Assembly (NCBI RefSeq): GCF_006345805.1
Contig: NC_042999.1
Location: forward strand, 26,226,001-26,290,000
DNA length: 64,000 nucleotides
Origin: Octopus sinensis
Taxonomy: Eukaryota
Direction: 5' to 3'
Of this stretch, positions 40,340 through 54,269 are shown in pieces. The notes under the pieces are model-generated. The model was not told the DNA's origin. It did no database searches and worked only from the letters and a program-made list of their open reading frames with translations. Position 1 is the first letter of the stretch. Each line of letters begins with the position of its first letter. The position numbers and the translations under genes were made by a program.

Positions 40340-40780
40340 TGTACGTATATCTCTCTCCTCGTGATAACTGATCACATTAACTTCTCTGCAGATGACACGA
40401 CCTTGGCCTTTTTTGGAGCAAGTAAGGAGTGGTGCTTCCATGGCATGGATTATCTCTTTTCCTCTGGCTCAATTCTGGAATTGGAAACGTTTAAGGATGC
40501 CATTTGAATCTATCTGCAACCATGTCAAATTTTTCTGCGATGTCATCAGCCTGGTGCGGTTTTTATCAGGTGTTAGAAGACATAACATCCGCTAAGCAGA
40601 ATCCTTCGTGGTGCCAATTTCATCGTGTAGAATATTCTCAACACTCTCAGAGGATATGTTACTGACTTAGTCCTCTGATTTATAGTTAATCACATGTCAG
40701 CCATCGCCATGAAGTGAACAACATCCATGTTTCCCTTGGGGCGGTAGTGGAACGTCTTCCTCGGGTCATCTTCAAGTCTC
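40340..40780 (+). mobile_element. Very degraded LINE RT remnant
   Basis: HINFSADDTTL resembles the CR1/L2 YADDTTL motif; little else is recognisable. Confidence 0.3.
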
Positions 40781-41072
40781 ACCTTTTGCATTGTTAATAA
40801 AGATAGAACGTTATCACCTAATGTAGCAACCATGTCGTTGGGGGATAAACTGCTTTTCTACCTGTAGAAGTCGCTACCTGTTACATTTGAAATCTTCTTT
40901 AAACACAGTTATCAGTTCACATGAAAAGAAATTCTGCACCTATTAATAAGAGGAATTGTAATTCATGCATACATGATTTCATGACTTCATAGTTACCCCA
41001 TGAAGTTTTCAATTTACCCTTGTAGAAGTGTCATATACACGATACAGGAGAACAGTAAGTCTGTGGCAGTAG

Positions 41073-41120
<48 letters not shown>

Positions 41121-41789
41121 AGAGAAAACGGGAGGAGGGGCAGAAAGAAGAGAGAGAGAGTGAGAGAAACAGAGGGTGTGTGCGAGAGATGTTGTATGAG
41201 AATGGTATGTACGTATGTGTATATGTATGTGTGCGTGTGCATTAAAACCAGCGCTCAGATAATATTCATATCAAGTCCACTAGAGAGGTGCAATATGGTA
41301 TGAAGTATCTCGCTCAAGAATATTTCATGCTGCCCGGCCTGGAATCGAAGCCACAAATTTATGATCAAAAGACTCTAACACAGATTAATAAGCACGTTCC
41401 TTCACGTAAACATGCACATACACACACAGCAATCACAGGAGTCCATACACACGCACAAACACACACGCAAACGCGTTAACATACACAAGCATACGCATAT
41501 TTATTCATCAAACAAGCAAATCAATATCTCACTGATGGTCAGTTACAAACCCGCTTGCAGACACACACAGGCACCGCCCCCCACACACACACATACACAC
41601 GCACATGCGCAAAGATCCACATATACGTGCTTACACATCACAACACATGTTACATAACACGGAATACATTGGAAAATACAGAACATGTGGTGTTTATAAG
41701 CTAACCTAAAAAAAATTGAAACCTTTGGTCACAGCTGGAACGTTATTGATCGTAGACATGTTCAATTGAGCAACACCCGGGTTTTAAAC

Positions 41790-41830
41790 AACTACCACCA
41801 CCACCACTACTACTACTCTTACCACTACCT

Positions 41831-41866
<36 letters not shown>

Positions 41867-41867
41867 G

Positions 41868-41924
<57 letters not shown>
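41790..41924. repeat. (CTA)n/(CCA)n array
   Basis: Direct reading. Confidence 0.95.
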
Positions 41925-42109
41925 AAGAGTTTTTAAAAAAATTAAGTATAACAACGTATATTTAGTTATATTAGCAAATTTAATATTCATGGATTTGGAG
42001 ATTAAATATATAATCTCAAACTTTGTTTTCCGCATTGTTTTAGGCATGCAAATATGTAATATGGACATTTGTCATTGATTTATTTATATATCTTCCCGGA
42101 TATCTCGGT

Positions 42110-42145
<36 letters not shown>

Positions 42146-42441
42146 ATATATATTTATCGTTGCTATTATGTTAAACTCTCGTATGTCAAAATTTGGGCAA
42201 ATGCATTTTTTCAATATATATTTTTGCTTGCAATACCCGGTTCTTTTGGTCAAACTATCCTTTGACCTCCAGCCGCTTCAGATGCCAAGAAATAAAAAAA
42301 TAGTGAAAGCGTAGTAGATCGGTTTTGCTATGGAATTTCGAAACAAATGTTCGTTTTCTGAAAAAACAACATTTTGACTCACGACGCTTTCCCTATATAT
42401 ATACACCTATACATACTTATATACATACATACCTATATATA

Positions 42442-43433
42442 CTAGTAAATGCACCCATCCTTTGGACGGTTTACGTTGCTTTGGTGGTATCTTCTTTACA
42501 AAATAAATGAACTACCGAGAAGGTTTATGAGTAGCACGGCATTCTATGTTTCCGATTAACCTAGGAAGGGAAAAATCAAATTGAAGGATGGTTATTGTGA
42601 AGGTCGATGCAATTAAATGAGCATAGGGCAGAATTATGATGGGTTGATAGATAAATATATATATATACGTATGTGCATATACAAATATATATACATATAA
42701 ATGCGAACATGCTTACATATATACATATACATGCATATGCATGCATACATACTTACATATATACTACTTACATACGTAATAAAACCTCTCATAACTCTTT
42801 CTTATCTTTACGAATTTTTACAAATTTATTTCGATTCTGTCTTCTGCGAAATTGAATTGATACGATTATGCATAAAAATAAATTAAGCTTGTTCTAAAAT
42901 CCATCACGACTTTTGAAATTTCCCGCCCACCGCAACTGTTTTTAATTCGTGGTTCTAATGTACGGATAGTCCGAATATACCATTCGTTTCTCTTTATAAT
43001 TTCCAATTAATGTTTTAAATACTTCAAAATAAAAAATTGTTAAAACACGTGTGCCAAGAACAATTAAAATTCAATGAAATAGAATTTTGGGAGATCCATT
43101 ATTATGGCTGTATTTTACTCCATTATTCTAAAATCTTCTGAAACGTATACATATACATGTATGAATGCAAACAGAAACATATTAATACACACACACACAC
43201 ATACATGTCCTTAGCCGTACAAGTATATATATAAATTTGGGCATATCTACACAATTCTGCCCGGAAAATTTGCTTGTTCATAACTTTCAGAAAATTGAAC
43301 ATTTCTTTTCTACAGATATGCTTCAGATGGTGTAGATTCCGATTAAATTAGAATTCAATGTGAAAATCGTTTGTTCCTACAGGAGTTTTAGAAAGTTCAC
43401 ACCAATAGGCTTTGTTGTACATATATATGTATG

Positions 43434-43518
<85 letters not shown>

Positions 43519-44740
43519 GGGTCTATACGTTTTGCTTTAATTATATCTTTATACACGCACATACACACATAAAAGACTAACACACCTTGGGTTACGACAG
43601 TCACAAGTATCCAAAACGTTCTTTCAACTTTGATTTTCCTCTTAATAAGCAGGTTTACGTCTACTTGAACCATATGTATGGTTGTGTGTCCGCTAATATT
43701 GTTGATGGACATGCAGCATATCACTGGTATTCCAGATATAAAGTCCAGTATTATGTGAATATGTGTGAAAATCGTCACTTGACTTTCTTCCATAAATGTA
43801 TTAGAAAATTCTTTGGAAATTATAAAGGGAAATGAACGGTAGATTTGGACTGTCCGTAGTTTAAAACAACGACATAAAAAAATAAAACTGTATATTTGTG
43901 GGGGGATAATTTAAAAAAGAATTTTTTTTGCATAATCGTAGAAGACAGAATCGAAAAAAATTGTAAAAGTTCGCAAAAATAAAATAAAAGTTATGAGGGA
44001 TTTTAGAACGTGCTTTCATCATTATTCCGCCGATCATGGAACATAAGTTTGCAAGCACATAAGTTTGCAAAGTAGAGCTACTGAAGTGATTTGGGAGTAG
44101 ATTACGAATGACTATAAAATATAGCTGATTTTAAGCATATTTTGTTCATTCTTATTTTCGTATGTAACATGTAAAGATGTACATCTTTTGGAACATTGTC
44201 ATTTTATGAGAATTTGTTGTCAATTTTTTAAATTTTTACATGAAAAAAAAAATACCGGGGAGATAATATCTGCTGCATTATAAAAAACCAACCACATTAG
44301 AATTTCTGGATAACTCTTTTAAAATAACATAAACATATATTTACATGAATAAAAATTACCGGAGACATAACACATGATGTTCTAAAAATAACAGCCTAAT
44401 AAGATTTTTGGGATAAATCTTTTAAATTAAGATAAACATTTATATACGGGAAAGAAAATTACCGGAAACATAACATCTGTTTCATTACCGTCGCAGGTCG
44501 ACAGTCGAAGTCAATAAATAAATAGACAAAATCCTTTCAATTTAAAAAAAAAGACCCTATATAGAAAAATTTATATCTATTTACGTCCTGTAACGCGTGT
44601 GCACTGGGTAAAATGTTTATTGCCTGACCATCCTTGAGACATAAGTAATGTGCGAGTAAAGTTTGGTGAAATCGGGTGAGAATTGTGGAAATGCATGCAT
44701 TAGTCATTATACACACACATACTGTGATTCATATATGCTA
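42442..44740 (-). mobile_element. Helitron unit 1 (non-coding, with internal insertions)
   Basis: 3' end GTCC-AAA-GGAT hairpin then CTAG (42442-42445); blocks at about 42445-42600, 44040-44115 and 44490-44735 are homologous to unit 2. Confidence 0.6.
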
Positions 44741-47175
44741 CTACCAAGCGCATTCGTCCTTCGGACAGTTGAATTTGCTTTGGTGGCATTTTTTCACCAA
44801 ATAATTGAACTACCGTACATGTCAATCTATGTTTCCGATTAACCTAGGAACAGAAAACCAAATTGAAGTGTCGTTATTGTGCAGTTTAATGATCAAAGAA
44901 CATATAAGTATGCAAGCGATGCAAAGTAGAGCTAGTGAAGTGATTTGGGAGTAGATTACGGATAATGACTACAAAATATAGTTCTTTTACATTAAAGCAA
45001 AATTTCAAAATTTCAGAATCAGTCACATAAATGGAGTAAGGAAATTGAAGGAGGACGTTGAAACTACTCTGCTGCGATTTTATTTCATTCAACAGCAAAA
45101 GGAGCTATTTTTTCGGAGAGAGGTATGATTCGTACGTTCAAAAATGGAATATAATGCCTACTTGAAAAAGTAGATTACAAGGAATGTATTTGTTATGCGC
45201 TTACAGTGCACGGCATCTCTGAAATTGACTTCAGGTAATGAAAGCATGGAGACCTGAAGAGTTTGACTTCAGTTCACGAATACTGCTTTGAATCTTTAGC
45301 GGTTCGCAGTGAATAGATGTCGCGTTGAAAGGCAGACAGATAATTGTGAATTTATGTGATGTGTAACATTTCTTGGAGTTCATTCAAAAGAGGCATTTTT
45401 GTTTCAGGTATCACCTGAGCTTGGCGAGCTGTTTGCTCAGTGGTGTCTCGCATGAAGGATATTCGAAAGAATCGGTGTTAAGCCTTGTTAACAGGAAGAA
45501 TAGAGCATATTTGATGATAGGCTTGGCCCTGAATTTTGAACGTTGGCATATAGGAATCTTCATGAATGGGTTTGGGACCCAAATTTATCATCTGGAAAGC
45601 AGAGTTGTAAGCTCCAAGTCTCATCATCCGATGGTTATCGTCATCTGCCAACCTCGCGGCGGCGGTGGATGCAGCGTTGCGTGCCCAACGGATAGAACTC
45701 TTTTGTGGGGTTTCTGCGACCCCTGCGTCAGCAGCACGTACTCGATAGATTTCACGCTGCTCCGGAGCAGCTGAATCTATAGCAGCGGCAGCTCTTTTCA
45801 ACAGTCTGCAAGACCTTTGGTACTCAGTTTCTTTAACCTGCTAGCACGGTTGTTTTGTCATTGGAGAAGACTCTCTGCCAATGCATGCTCTCTTTTTAGG
45901 TGACATGCCTGTGTTATCTGGAAAAGGAAAATGGGTTTTAGTCTAACAGCGAATGCCATAAAAACTTAAATTGATATGGAGCTTTCTGAAAGATACGCAT
46001 AGCTTTCGCTGGTGGAAGCAAAACATTTATCTAAAGGTTAATGTTTTGAGACGAATAATATGTGATTGTTTACAAAAAGGATTAAAGCGACAATGTGTAA
46101 TCGTATTTGTAAGAATGAACAATAGCCGGAATATCATAATGGATGAGTAAATAAGCATCCTTAAAGTGAAACAACGCATTGGTGGGTAAACAAAGGTATC
46201 AACAAACAGAAGAGAGGAAAGAGAACATCACCTTTCAAGTAACTCAGAATAGGTAAAGTTAAGCTTACTAAAGTTTAATGCAGCTTGATTATGGAGATTA
46301 AGATTGTTTGGTATTGGATATTCATCGCGTACTGTGTTCCTAGTCAATGTAATCACAGTCGCAGATGGAGAGTCAAAATAAATAAATAGAGAAATGTTTT
46401 TCACTTTTATAATAATCTCTAACCAAGGCTCAAACAGTACACAGCAATACACATAAAAAGTAACAATACCCAATTACAACATATAAATAAATAAACTAAT
46501 AAATGTAAAAACTATAAAAATTATACTGTAATACAAATATACGACATATAATTTAAAAAGTACGGAAAACAGTCGGAACAGATAGACAAAGCTCTTTCAC
46601 TTTTATAATATTCTCTACCGAAAACTCAAATTATACACACCAATACACATAAAAAATATAGAAAGTAATAATACAGAATTAGAACATACAAGTAAATAAT
46701 AAATGAAAAAATATGATATCCAGAAAAATTATTCTCTAATGCTAATATATGACCATAAGCATTAAATAAATATGGATGACCCTACATACAAAAATGTATG
46801 TACATACAACGAATTTGGATAACTCTGTTAAATTAACATAAGCATAAACATATATGTACATGAAGACAAAATGACAGATTCAAATCTTGTTTCCTGACTG
46901 AGTCACCGCGCATCTGCACAGCCGAAATAAATCAATCGACCAAATTCTTTCACATTTATAAAATGATTAAATAAATATGGAAGACCCTACATACAAAAAA
47001 ACTATGTCCATTTACGTCCATTTACGCGGGAGATCTTGGCTAAATGTTAAATTGCATGACAATCCTTGGGACATAAGTGATGTGTGAGTGACGTTCGGAT
47101 AAAATCGGTTGAGAATTGTGGAAATGTATGCGCTAATCATTATACACACACATACTGTGATTTATATATACTAGA
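44741..47175 (-). mobile_element. Helitron unit 2 with Rep fragment
   Basis: 5' A|TCTAGTATATATAAATCAC at 47175; 3' GTCC-GAA-GGAC hairpin then GTAG at 44741; Rep remnant on the same strand. Confidence 0.7.
45478..45801 (-). pseudogene. Helitron RepHel N-terminal fragment
   Basis: AYNSAFQM...MPTFKIQGQAYHQICSILP matches the conserved YNSAFQM...TFKIQGQVYHRIGSLLP block of Helitron Rep proteins. Confidence 0.8.
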
Positions 47176-47210
47176 TTTTTATTCTTTCATATACATACTT
47201 ACACACACAC

Positions 47211-47296
<86 letters not shown>

Positions 47297-47299
<3 letters not shown>

Positions 47300-47496
47300 A
47301 GAGTTTACGAAAAAACAAAAGACGAAGACAGGTAGTGTACAAAACAAACAGATGTATTAGTATAACGCTCAGGAACAGAAAAAAGTATTTTACATTTCAA
47401 GCCTACGCTCTTGTACAGAAAGCGACACAGAAAAAGCAGGGAGAGAAACAAGGAGAGAAAAAAGGAGAGAGAAAAAAGGAGAGAAAAAAGGAGAGA
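47297..47496 (-). mobile_element. TA-anchored hammerhead-like repeat, copy e
   Basis: Reverse complement CTGTACA-A-GAGC-GTAG-GCTT-GAAATGTA around 47392-47418. Confidence 0.75.
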
Positions 47497-47500
47497 ATAT

Positions 47501-47549
<49 letters not shown>

Positions 47550-47737
47550 TGTGAAGTGAAAATATGCGTATAGCATAAATAAAAAGGGGAAGAAATATGC
47601 CATGATTTCACATAGTTTTAATATCATTTTAATAAAAAAGATATACACATATCTTATGGGTGGTAAAAGTCTCAAAATGGAGTGATATCCAAACGGTTTT
47701 CGCTATTTAAATTACATTGTGAAGTAATCATTTCATT

Positions 47738-50545
47738 TGACAAGAGAATCACACCATTTTGGATTTCTTCAAAAAGTAAGAATGAATGGAGAGGGTGGAT
47801 AAAGGGAGGTAATAAGTGACAAGGGGGATAACTACCTCCTCAGTATTATTGAATAGTGGTAAATAAATTTGAGTTTGAAATAGGAATAAATAAATTTGAT
47901 TTTGAAATTGGAATGGGATCACGTGGTCAAGTGTGTATTTTAAGGTGTGGTCTGTACTTTTGTATAAACTGGGTGTTCTTGTTTAGACGTTCTTGTAAGC
48001 AGATTGTATCTTTGCATTGGTATAGTGGAAAAATATGGAAATACAGTGTTTTAGTTTCAGCGCATCTGCCAATATGTTCGCCCAGAGCTATCTGTCTGTA
48101 TTGAGGAAAATGTATCTGTTCTTTATGCAACGTAAATCTGCGTCTCAAAGTAAGGTCCGTTTGGTCCACATAATTTTACCCACAACATCAGCAAGTTGGG
48201 ATATAAATTAGGTTCTGTGAGGTATATGTGAAGGTGGTCTTAAGTGAAATTTTTCTCCTTGCTAAAATTTGAATTCTGACCCTTCAATTAGGTATGGGCA
48301 TGTACGACAATTCGGTCGTCTGCATTTTTATCTGTTGGTTTATTATGTATTGAGTGCAGTTTTGCATTTGTTACGAGTCCTTTAAGTGATTTGTGTTGTC
48401 TTTTGTATTTGAGGAGTTTATGTGTATTCAGAATGTTGTGAGCAGAGGAAGATTTTGTACAATTGTGCTGTATGCCTCCTTGTTTCTGGGTTTGTGGGTT
48501 GATAAGTATGGGAGTAATTTAAGTGAGGTGTGGTATTTTGTTTTGTTATCCTTAGTGTGTTTGTGTCCAATTTTTTGGCACGTTTAATTCCCTGGTCGAT
48601 ATGTGTGGGTAGGTATTGACGTTCAGTTAGTGTTATTTTGAGGTCTTGTAAGCGAAGTTACCGAGTAGTTGCATCAGACACAATTGTACAAATACTTTTC
48701 GATAGATTGAAACTGATATTTATATTTGTGTGTTTAGGATGGCATGAGCTGAAAAGGAAATACTGTTTTGAGTTTGTTGGTTTGTAGTAGACGTCGGTCG
48801 TAATTTGGCTGTTGGATTTCTTATAGTCAAAATGTCCAGAAATGGGAGCTGTTCATTGCTTTATTCCATGGCAAATTGAATATTGAAAATTATATTGTTC
48901 AGTGAAGATTTGTAGTTCAGAGGTTTATCATAGGTTTCATTCCAGATGATAAAAAAGTCGTCTAGGTACGTTTCCCAGTTTTCTCTTATATACTGGTGGG
49001 ATGGGTGTCCAAATGTTTGGAGCGAAAATTCATATAGGGTAGATTCAACGAAACCCATTATTAGGTTCGCAAATACAGACGCTGCTTTTGTTCCCATCGC
49101 AATACCGCATTTTTGGTGGTAGTATATTCTATCGAATAGGAATTAATTGTTTTGTAGGATGAACTTCAGAGATCCAATGACAAAAGTCTGGTTTATGCGG
49201 TCCGAGAGAGCTTCTGGGTATTTGTCTAACCAGGATTTTATTCCCTCTGTTCTGTAGTCATGTGGAATGTTAGTGTAGAGGTTGATGATATCAATAGAGA
49301 CTAATAGTCCTTCTTCGTTGGTGGTGTTTGGCAGATGCCCTAGCATGTCCAGATCGTCTCTAATGAAAATTTTAATGTATTTGAGGAAAGGTTTAAATAT
49401 TGTGTCTAGAAAATTGCTTAGGCGGTGTGTTTACAGGCTGCGCCCGCTATAATCGGTCTTAATTTTAAGTCTTCTGGTGTTGGAATATTTATGTATAGAC
49501 CTGGATTTGATTTACAGGCACTGGTAATTATTTGACTCTTGTGGATTTTGAGGAGTCCATAGAAAAGGCTTTATTTGCATTTAAATTTTGCGATATAACC
49601 TTTTTCTTTTTCTGTGCAGCTTTTTCCATGTTTGAGTATTAAAGATCCAAGATCTTGTAATGTTTTTTGCTGCCTATAATTATCAACTTTTTCATAAAAG
49701 GAAGAAGTCATTCTCTATTATGAACAATGTTTGGTTTTTATAGTATTCTGTGTCAATCAATACTACAGCACTACCTTTGTCTGCTTCTTTGATTGTCAGG
49801 TCTTCGTTGGTTTTAGTTGTAGTAGGTGATTCCATTGTAGGTTGTTGAAGTTTGACATAATTTTTGGTTTAAAGTTAGTCTGAGGGAAATTCTGGATACG
49901 GTCGCAGAAGTCGTCTAGTGATTTTTTCCTCCCTTTGGGTGGTAGACAATTACTTTTGTTTTTCACTATTGATTCGTCATCGATATTGTAGTTGGTTAGT
50001 GCTTCTGTCAATCGGAGTTTTCTACAGAATTCTGCAATATTATCTTTAATTTCATTGGGGTTAGGTCTACGTGGGGTGAATGTAAATTTTAAACCTTTAG
50101 TTAAAATATGGATTTTTGTTGTGGAAAGAATTTTCCTAGCTAAATTGATTATTTTGGGTTTCTCTCGTAAGTTCTGTTCTAACGTGTGTCAGTGTGTCTC
50201 TCTACTCAGTCTAAAAATCGTTTGTAGAAATTAAGTTGGAAGGTGTTCTCAGTATTAGGGTTTTGATTGTGGGTGTATTGTTGCGTAGGTGAAATTATTG
50301 TGATTATGTGGTATGGGTGTTTTTGTAGGAATGAGTTTTTAAGGATGTTTAGTCTTGTATGGGGCGCTGTGAAATTGTTCATTTTGTCTTGGTGAGAGAG
50401 TTGAAGTTCCGAAAGTTGAATTTCTTACCACTATTCAATAATACTGGGGAAGTAGTTGTCCCCTTACCACCCATTGCCCCCGTTTATCCATTCTTTCCAT
50501 TCATTCTTACTTTTTAAGAAATCCAAATGGTGTCATTTCTTTGTC
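47738..50545 (-). mobile_element. Degraded near-full-length Penelope-like element with inverted terminal repeats
   Basis: RT motifs LVSIDIINLYTNIPH, MGTKAASVFANLIMG and YLDDFFIIW; GIY-YIG remnant near 48170-48225; 47738-47862 is an inverted copy of 50425-50545. Confidence 0.85.
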
Positions 50546-50657
50546 TCAAGAAATAATTAGAGTAAAACCACTAATTTATATATATTATATATTTATATTG
50601 TGAAATTTGATTTAATACTAAAAGGAATTTTTCCCTGTAATTTTGGATTTATACTCC

Positions 50658-50725
50658 CTATTATTATTATTATTATTATTATTATTTATTATTATTATTA
50701 TTATTATTATTGTTATTATTTTTAC

Positions 50726-50797
<72 letters not shown>
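50658..50797. repeat. (TTA)n array
   Basis: Direct reading. Confidence 0.95.
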
Positions 50798-50804
<7 letters not shown>

Positions 50805-51439
50805 TATAATGAGAGAGAGTTTGTGTGTGTTTTCCTCTGAATTGCAGTAACGAATTTAAGCTTGTCGAACGCTAGCACTCATTCCATGAGCTTCTATTTG
50901 TTGTTTTCCCCCTCTGCTAGCACACACATGAATCAACCTCCTGCAAACAAACACACACACACACACACATGCATATATGTATCTTTGTGTGTATGTATAC
51001 ATACAATTTATGCTCTTTGAGATTAAACTACCTTCAAATTATTTCCCATTCGATGTTAATAAATCAAAGTTTTTATCCACTTAAATTATGATCAAGCTTC
51101 GTAAATTCTTCAATTATGTTGGTTACCAGTAAGATCCAAGCTTTAGTCAACAATTCATAGCAGTATAAGTGGTTAATTTCTGTGAATAATTTAACATTGT
51201 AGAACATCGGGAATACGTGTTATAGAGTATAAAAGCAAATCACCTAAACTTTTATGTTGGCAATCAAAATACCTGGAACACTTTTACCTGGACCTCAGGT
51301 TCCAGCCCCAAAGAAAGTTCCATTTCCTCAGTTATGACCATGTGTATATATTTGTATCCAGTATACTTTGAAAATATGAGAATATGACAAACTTTTCTTC
51401 GATTACCTATGTAGTATCGAGCTGTGCAGGCGCTTGCTT

Positions 51440-51575
51440 GCTAAGAAACGTGCTTACCTTGTGGTGTTGAGTCCAGTCCCACTGCGTGGTATATCGATTA
51501 AGTTACTTGGATAAGCAAGTCCTTTAGAGTGGATTTGATCAACGGAAACTAAAAGAATTCTGCTGTATATACGTA
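51440..51575 (+). mobile_element. SINE family 1, highly degraded 5' part
   Basis: CAGTCCCACTGCGTGG and GAGTGGATTTGATCAACGGAAACT remain recognisable. Confidence 0.6.
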
Positions 51576-51929
51576 TGTATATATGTAAGTATATATATAT
51601 ATATATATATATATGAATAAAGGAATGCTGAATATATCTATCTATATCTACCTACATACCTATATTTCTATTTATCTATTTCCATGGTCATGAAGCCTCA
51701 ACCGAAAAAATAAAAACAATGTCCTCTTCTTCTAAACAAAATCGCCAAAAAACATCTGTTTTGTATAAATGAACAAGCCGTTCGTACATTCACAAAATTT
51801 TATTTGACAAGTTCGAGAAACGAAGGAAACAACGTAATAATAATGAATAAATAAATAGAAATTTTTCCAAAATTCTGACAATATTTTTTCTCACTATTCA
51901 ATTTCTGTATCCAACACGTAACATTCTAT

Positions 51930-51967
<38 letters not shown>

Positions 51968-52045
51968 TGATAATAATATATATTATTTATATTATTATAT
52001 GATCGAACGCCACGCATCCTTTTCCAAGTAAGTTTTGTGTGTGGG

Positions 52046-52120
<75 letters not shown>

Positions 52121-52648
52121 CATACACACGACAGGATTCCTAAAATATACTGACAATTTACTAGTGAGTACGAATACATACCCGGGTATCTTTGCGTTTG
52201 CGTGTGTACATGTGTGTTTGTACATGTGTAGTCGTATGTGTGTGTGTGTGTGAGGGGGTGTCTGCTCGTTTGTTGCTTTGTTTATTTCCCGAAACATACA
52301 TTCCCCAAACGTTACTATTGTTTTAGTTTGGAGAAATTTCGCCCATCATTTTTCGTTTGTATACTAAGGAGTACGCTTTCCATTATCATTGGTAGCTTTT
52401 GTGAGTTTTGCAGCTTCTTGTTATCTCCTAAACCATATTTGCCAACGTTGTTAGCTACTACTTGTTTTCCATTGTTTATTTTCATCGTTTGAATATTTTA
52501 AGTATTTTACGTTACTACATTTGGCTGTTTTATTTTAATTGATTTTTAATAATTTTCTCGTGACACCATTCCTACTTTGTCATTTTTATGTTCACTATTA
52601 TTGAATATAGTTAGCGTAGTGCCAAAATTTGAAATATTGAATTCACAG

Positions 52649-52863
52649 AAGGCAGTGAGTAGGCAAAATCATTACCGCGCCGGGCAAACTACTTTGTGGC
52701 ATTTCATCCGTCATTACAGTCTGAGTTCAATTTCTTACGAGGCCGACTTTTTCTTTCATCCTTTCAGGGTTCGTTAAAACGAGTAGAAGTTGGACAGTTG
52801 GGTCTATGTGATAGACTTACCTACTCCACCGACGTTCCTAGCCTTGTGCCAAAATTTGATACC
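52649..52863 (+). mobile_element. SINE family 3 (degraded)
   Basis: AAGGCAGTGAGTAGGCAAAATC...CTGAGTTCAA...TTTCATCCTTTCAGGG. Confidence 0.7.
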
Positions 52864-53776
52864 AATATTATTGAATTCAATTAATTTACAATTCGTTATG
52901 TTGTAGTTGCAGTTAATTGTTGGGTTTGTTAACATTAAAATATTGCAAACATTGTTTTTTAATATTAATCCAGCTCATATATTTCTAATTTTCTCATTAG
53001 AATTTTTGTTTTGTATCTTATCACTTTTATTTGATTTAAGTTTAAGGATGGGTAATTAAACATCATTACTCTCATTTTAGAGACTGAATGAAATGAATTA
53101 TTAGCTTCCGCAAATTGACTTCTTCTTAGAAGAGTGTTTTTATATTTTCTGAACAGTATGTCAAAAGCGAATTAGTTTCGAAATGCCACTAGTGTTTTTG
53201 AGTGGATATTTTCAACTGTGAATAATATGAATCGTCCATTTAGAGGAGACAACATTTAAAGGCATTGTAGTTAAAATCAGTTATTATATATACTTACATT
53301 TAAGCATCCTTGCTTTGTAAATATGTAACACCTATGATTTTAGTTGTGCATTTGCCTCCACTATTTTCCATCGTTGCCAAAGCACCTAATATTAGAAAAC
53401 AACGAACAGAAAGAGAGAGAGAGAGAGAAAGACAGACAGAGTGAGATAGATAGACAGATACCTAGACAGAGAGAGGGAGAGTAAATGGGGTGAGAGAGAG
53501 CGTGAAAGAGAGAGGAAGAAAGTGGGAGAGAGAAAGAGTTTGTTTCGAGAAACGTTATTATTTCAATATCTTGTCGCTCTTTCAGGCTACTCGTAACATG
53601 TAACCCATTAAAACTTTTCAAACACCACCCTGTGGCTTATCTTAATTTATATGTGTCGTTACATGGATAGTTTCCTCTTATGTCTTTCAAGTTAATATGT
53701 CTCCAACGAGCTGACAGAATCGTCAGATCCCTGTAAGGTGACCTTTACCTTCTATTCTATCAGGATCGACAATATA

Positions 53777-54235
53777 TTGTGTTGATTCAAAAGATTTGCG
53801 ATATCTTATATGCCTTATTCGTTATCTTACAACAAGAGCAATCTAAAATTCAAAGTAGAAGCCATCGTATTGCGCTGTCTGACGCCACGTTTTTGCCAGG
53901 TCTCTTATCCCACAGATATCAGTTCCTGTCCTTCGAGGTGAAGTACACTTTCACTGAAGCTCTCACCACCTATTGCAGGGACTAAGCCATGGATCGGAAC
54001 AAGTAGTCGTCAATAGAATCTATGCCCGGACTATATGCTGGGTGTGGCATCACTGAATTGTATCATGTTGCTGGAAATCTTTCCGGGTGGTTCGAGTGGT
54101 ATGACATCTTGCGTTGTCCTGCTGCAGAAGAGCTATTCGTAACAAACTCGTAGTGGATCCCTCACTCATAATTCTAGGAGACCCAGAACATCGCCTTTGT
54201 TCGAAACGCCCGTTCTTGGCGATAGGTTCCATAAG
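53777..54235 (-). mobile_element. Mariner 3' half (minus strand)
   Basis: LLQQDNARCHT, then YSPD-like and YDGFYFE-like remnants; ends AACACAA followed by TA. Confidence 0.75.
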
Positions 54236-54269
54236 CCAGCCCTTACTTCACTACTCTTCAACCGTTTTT

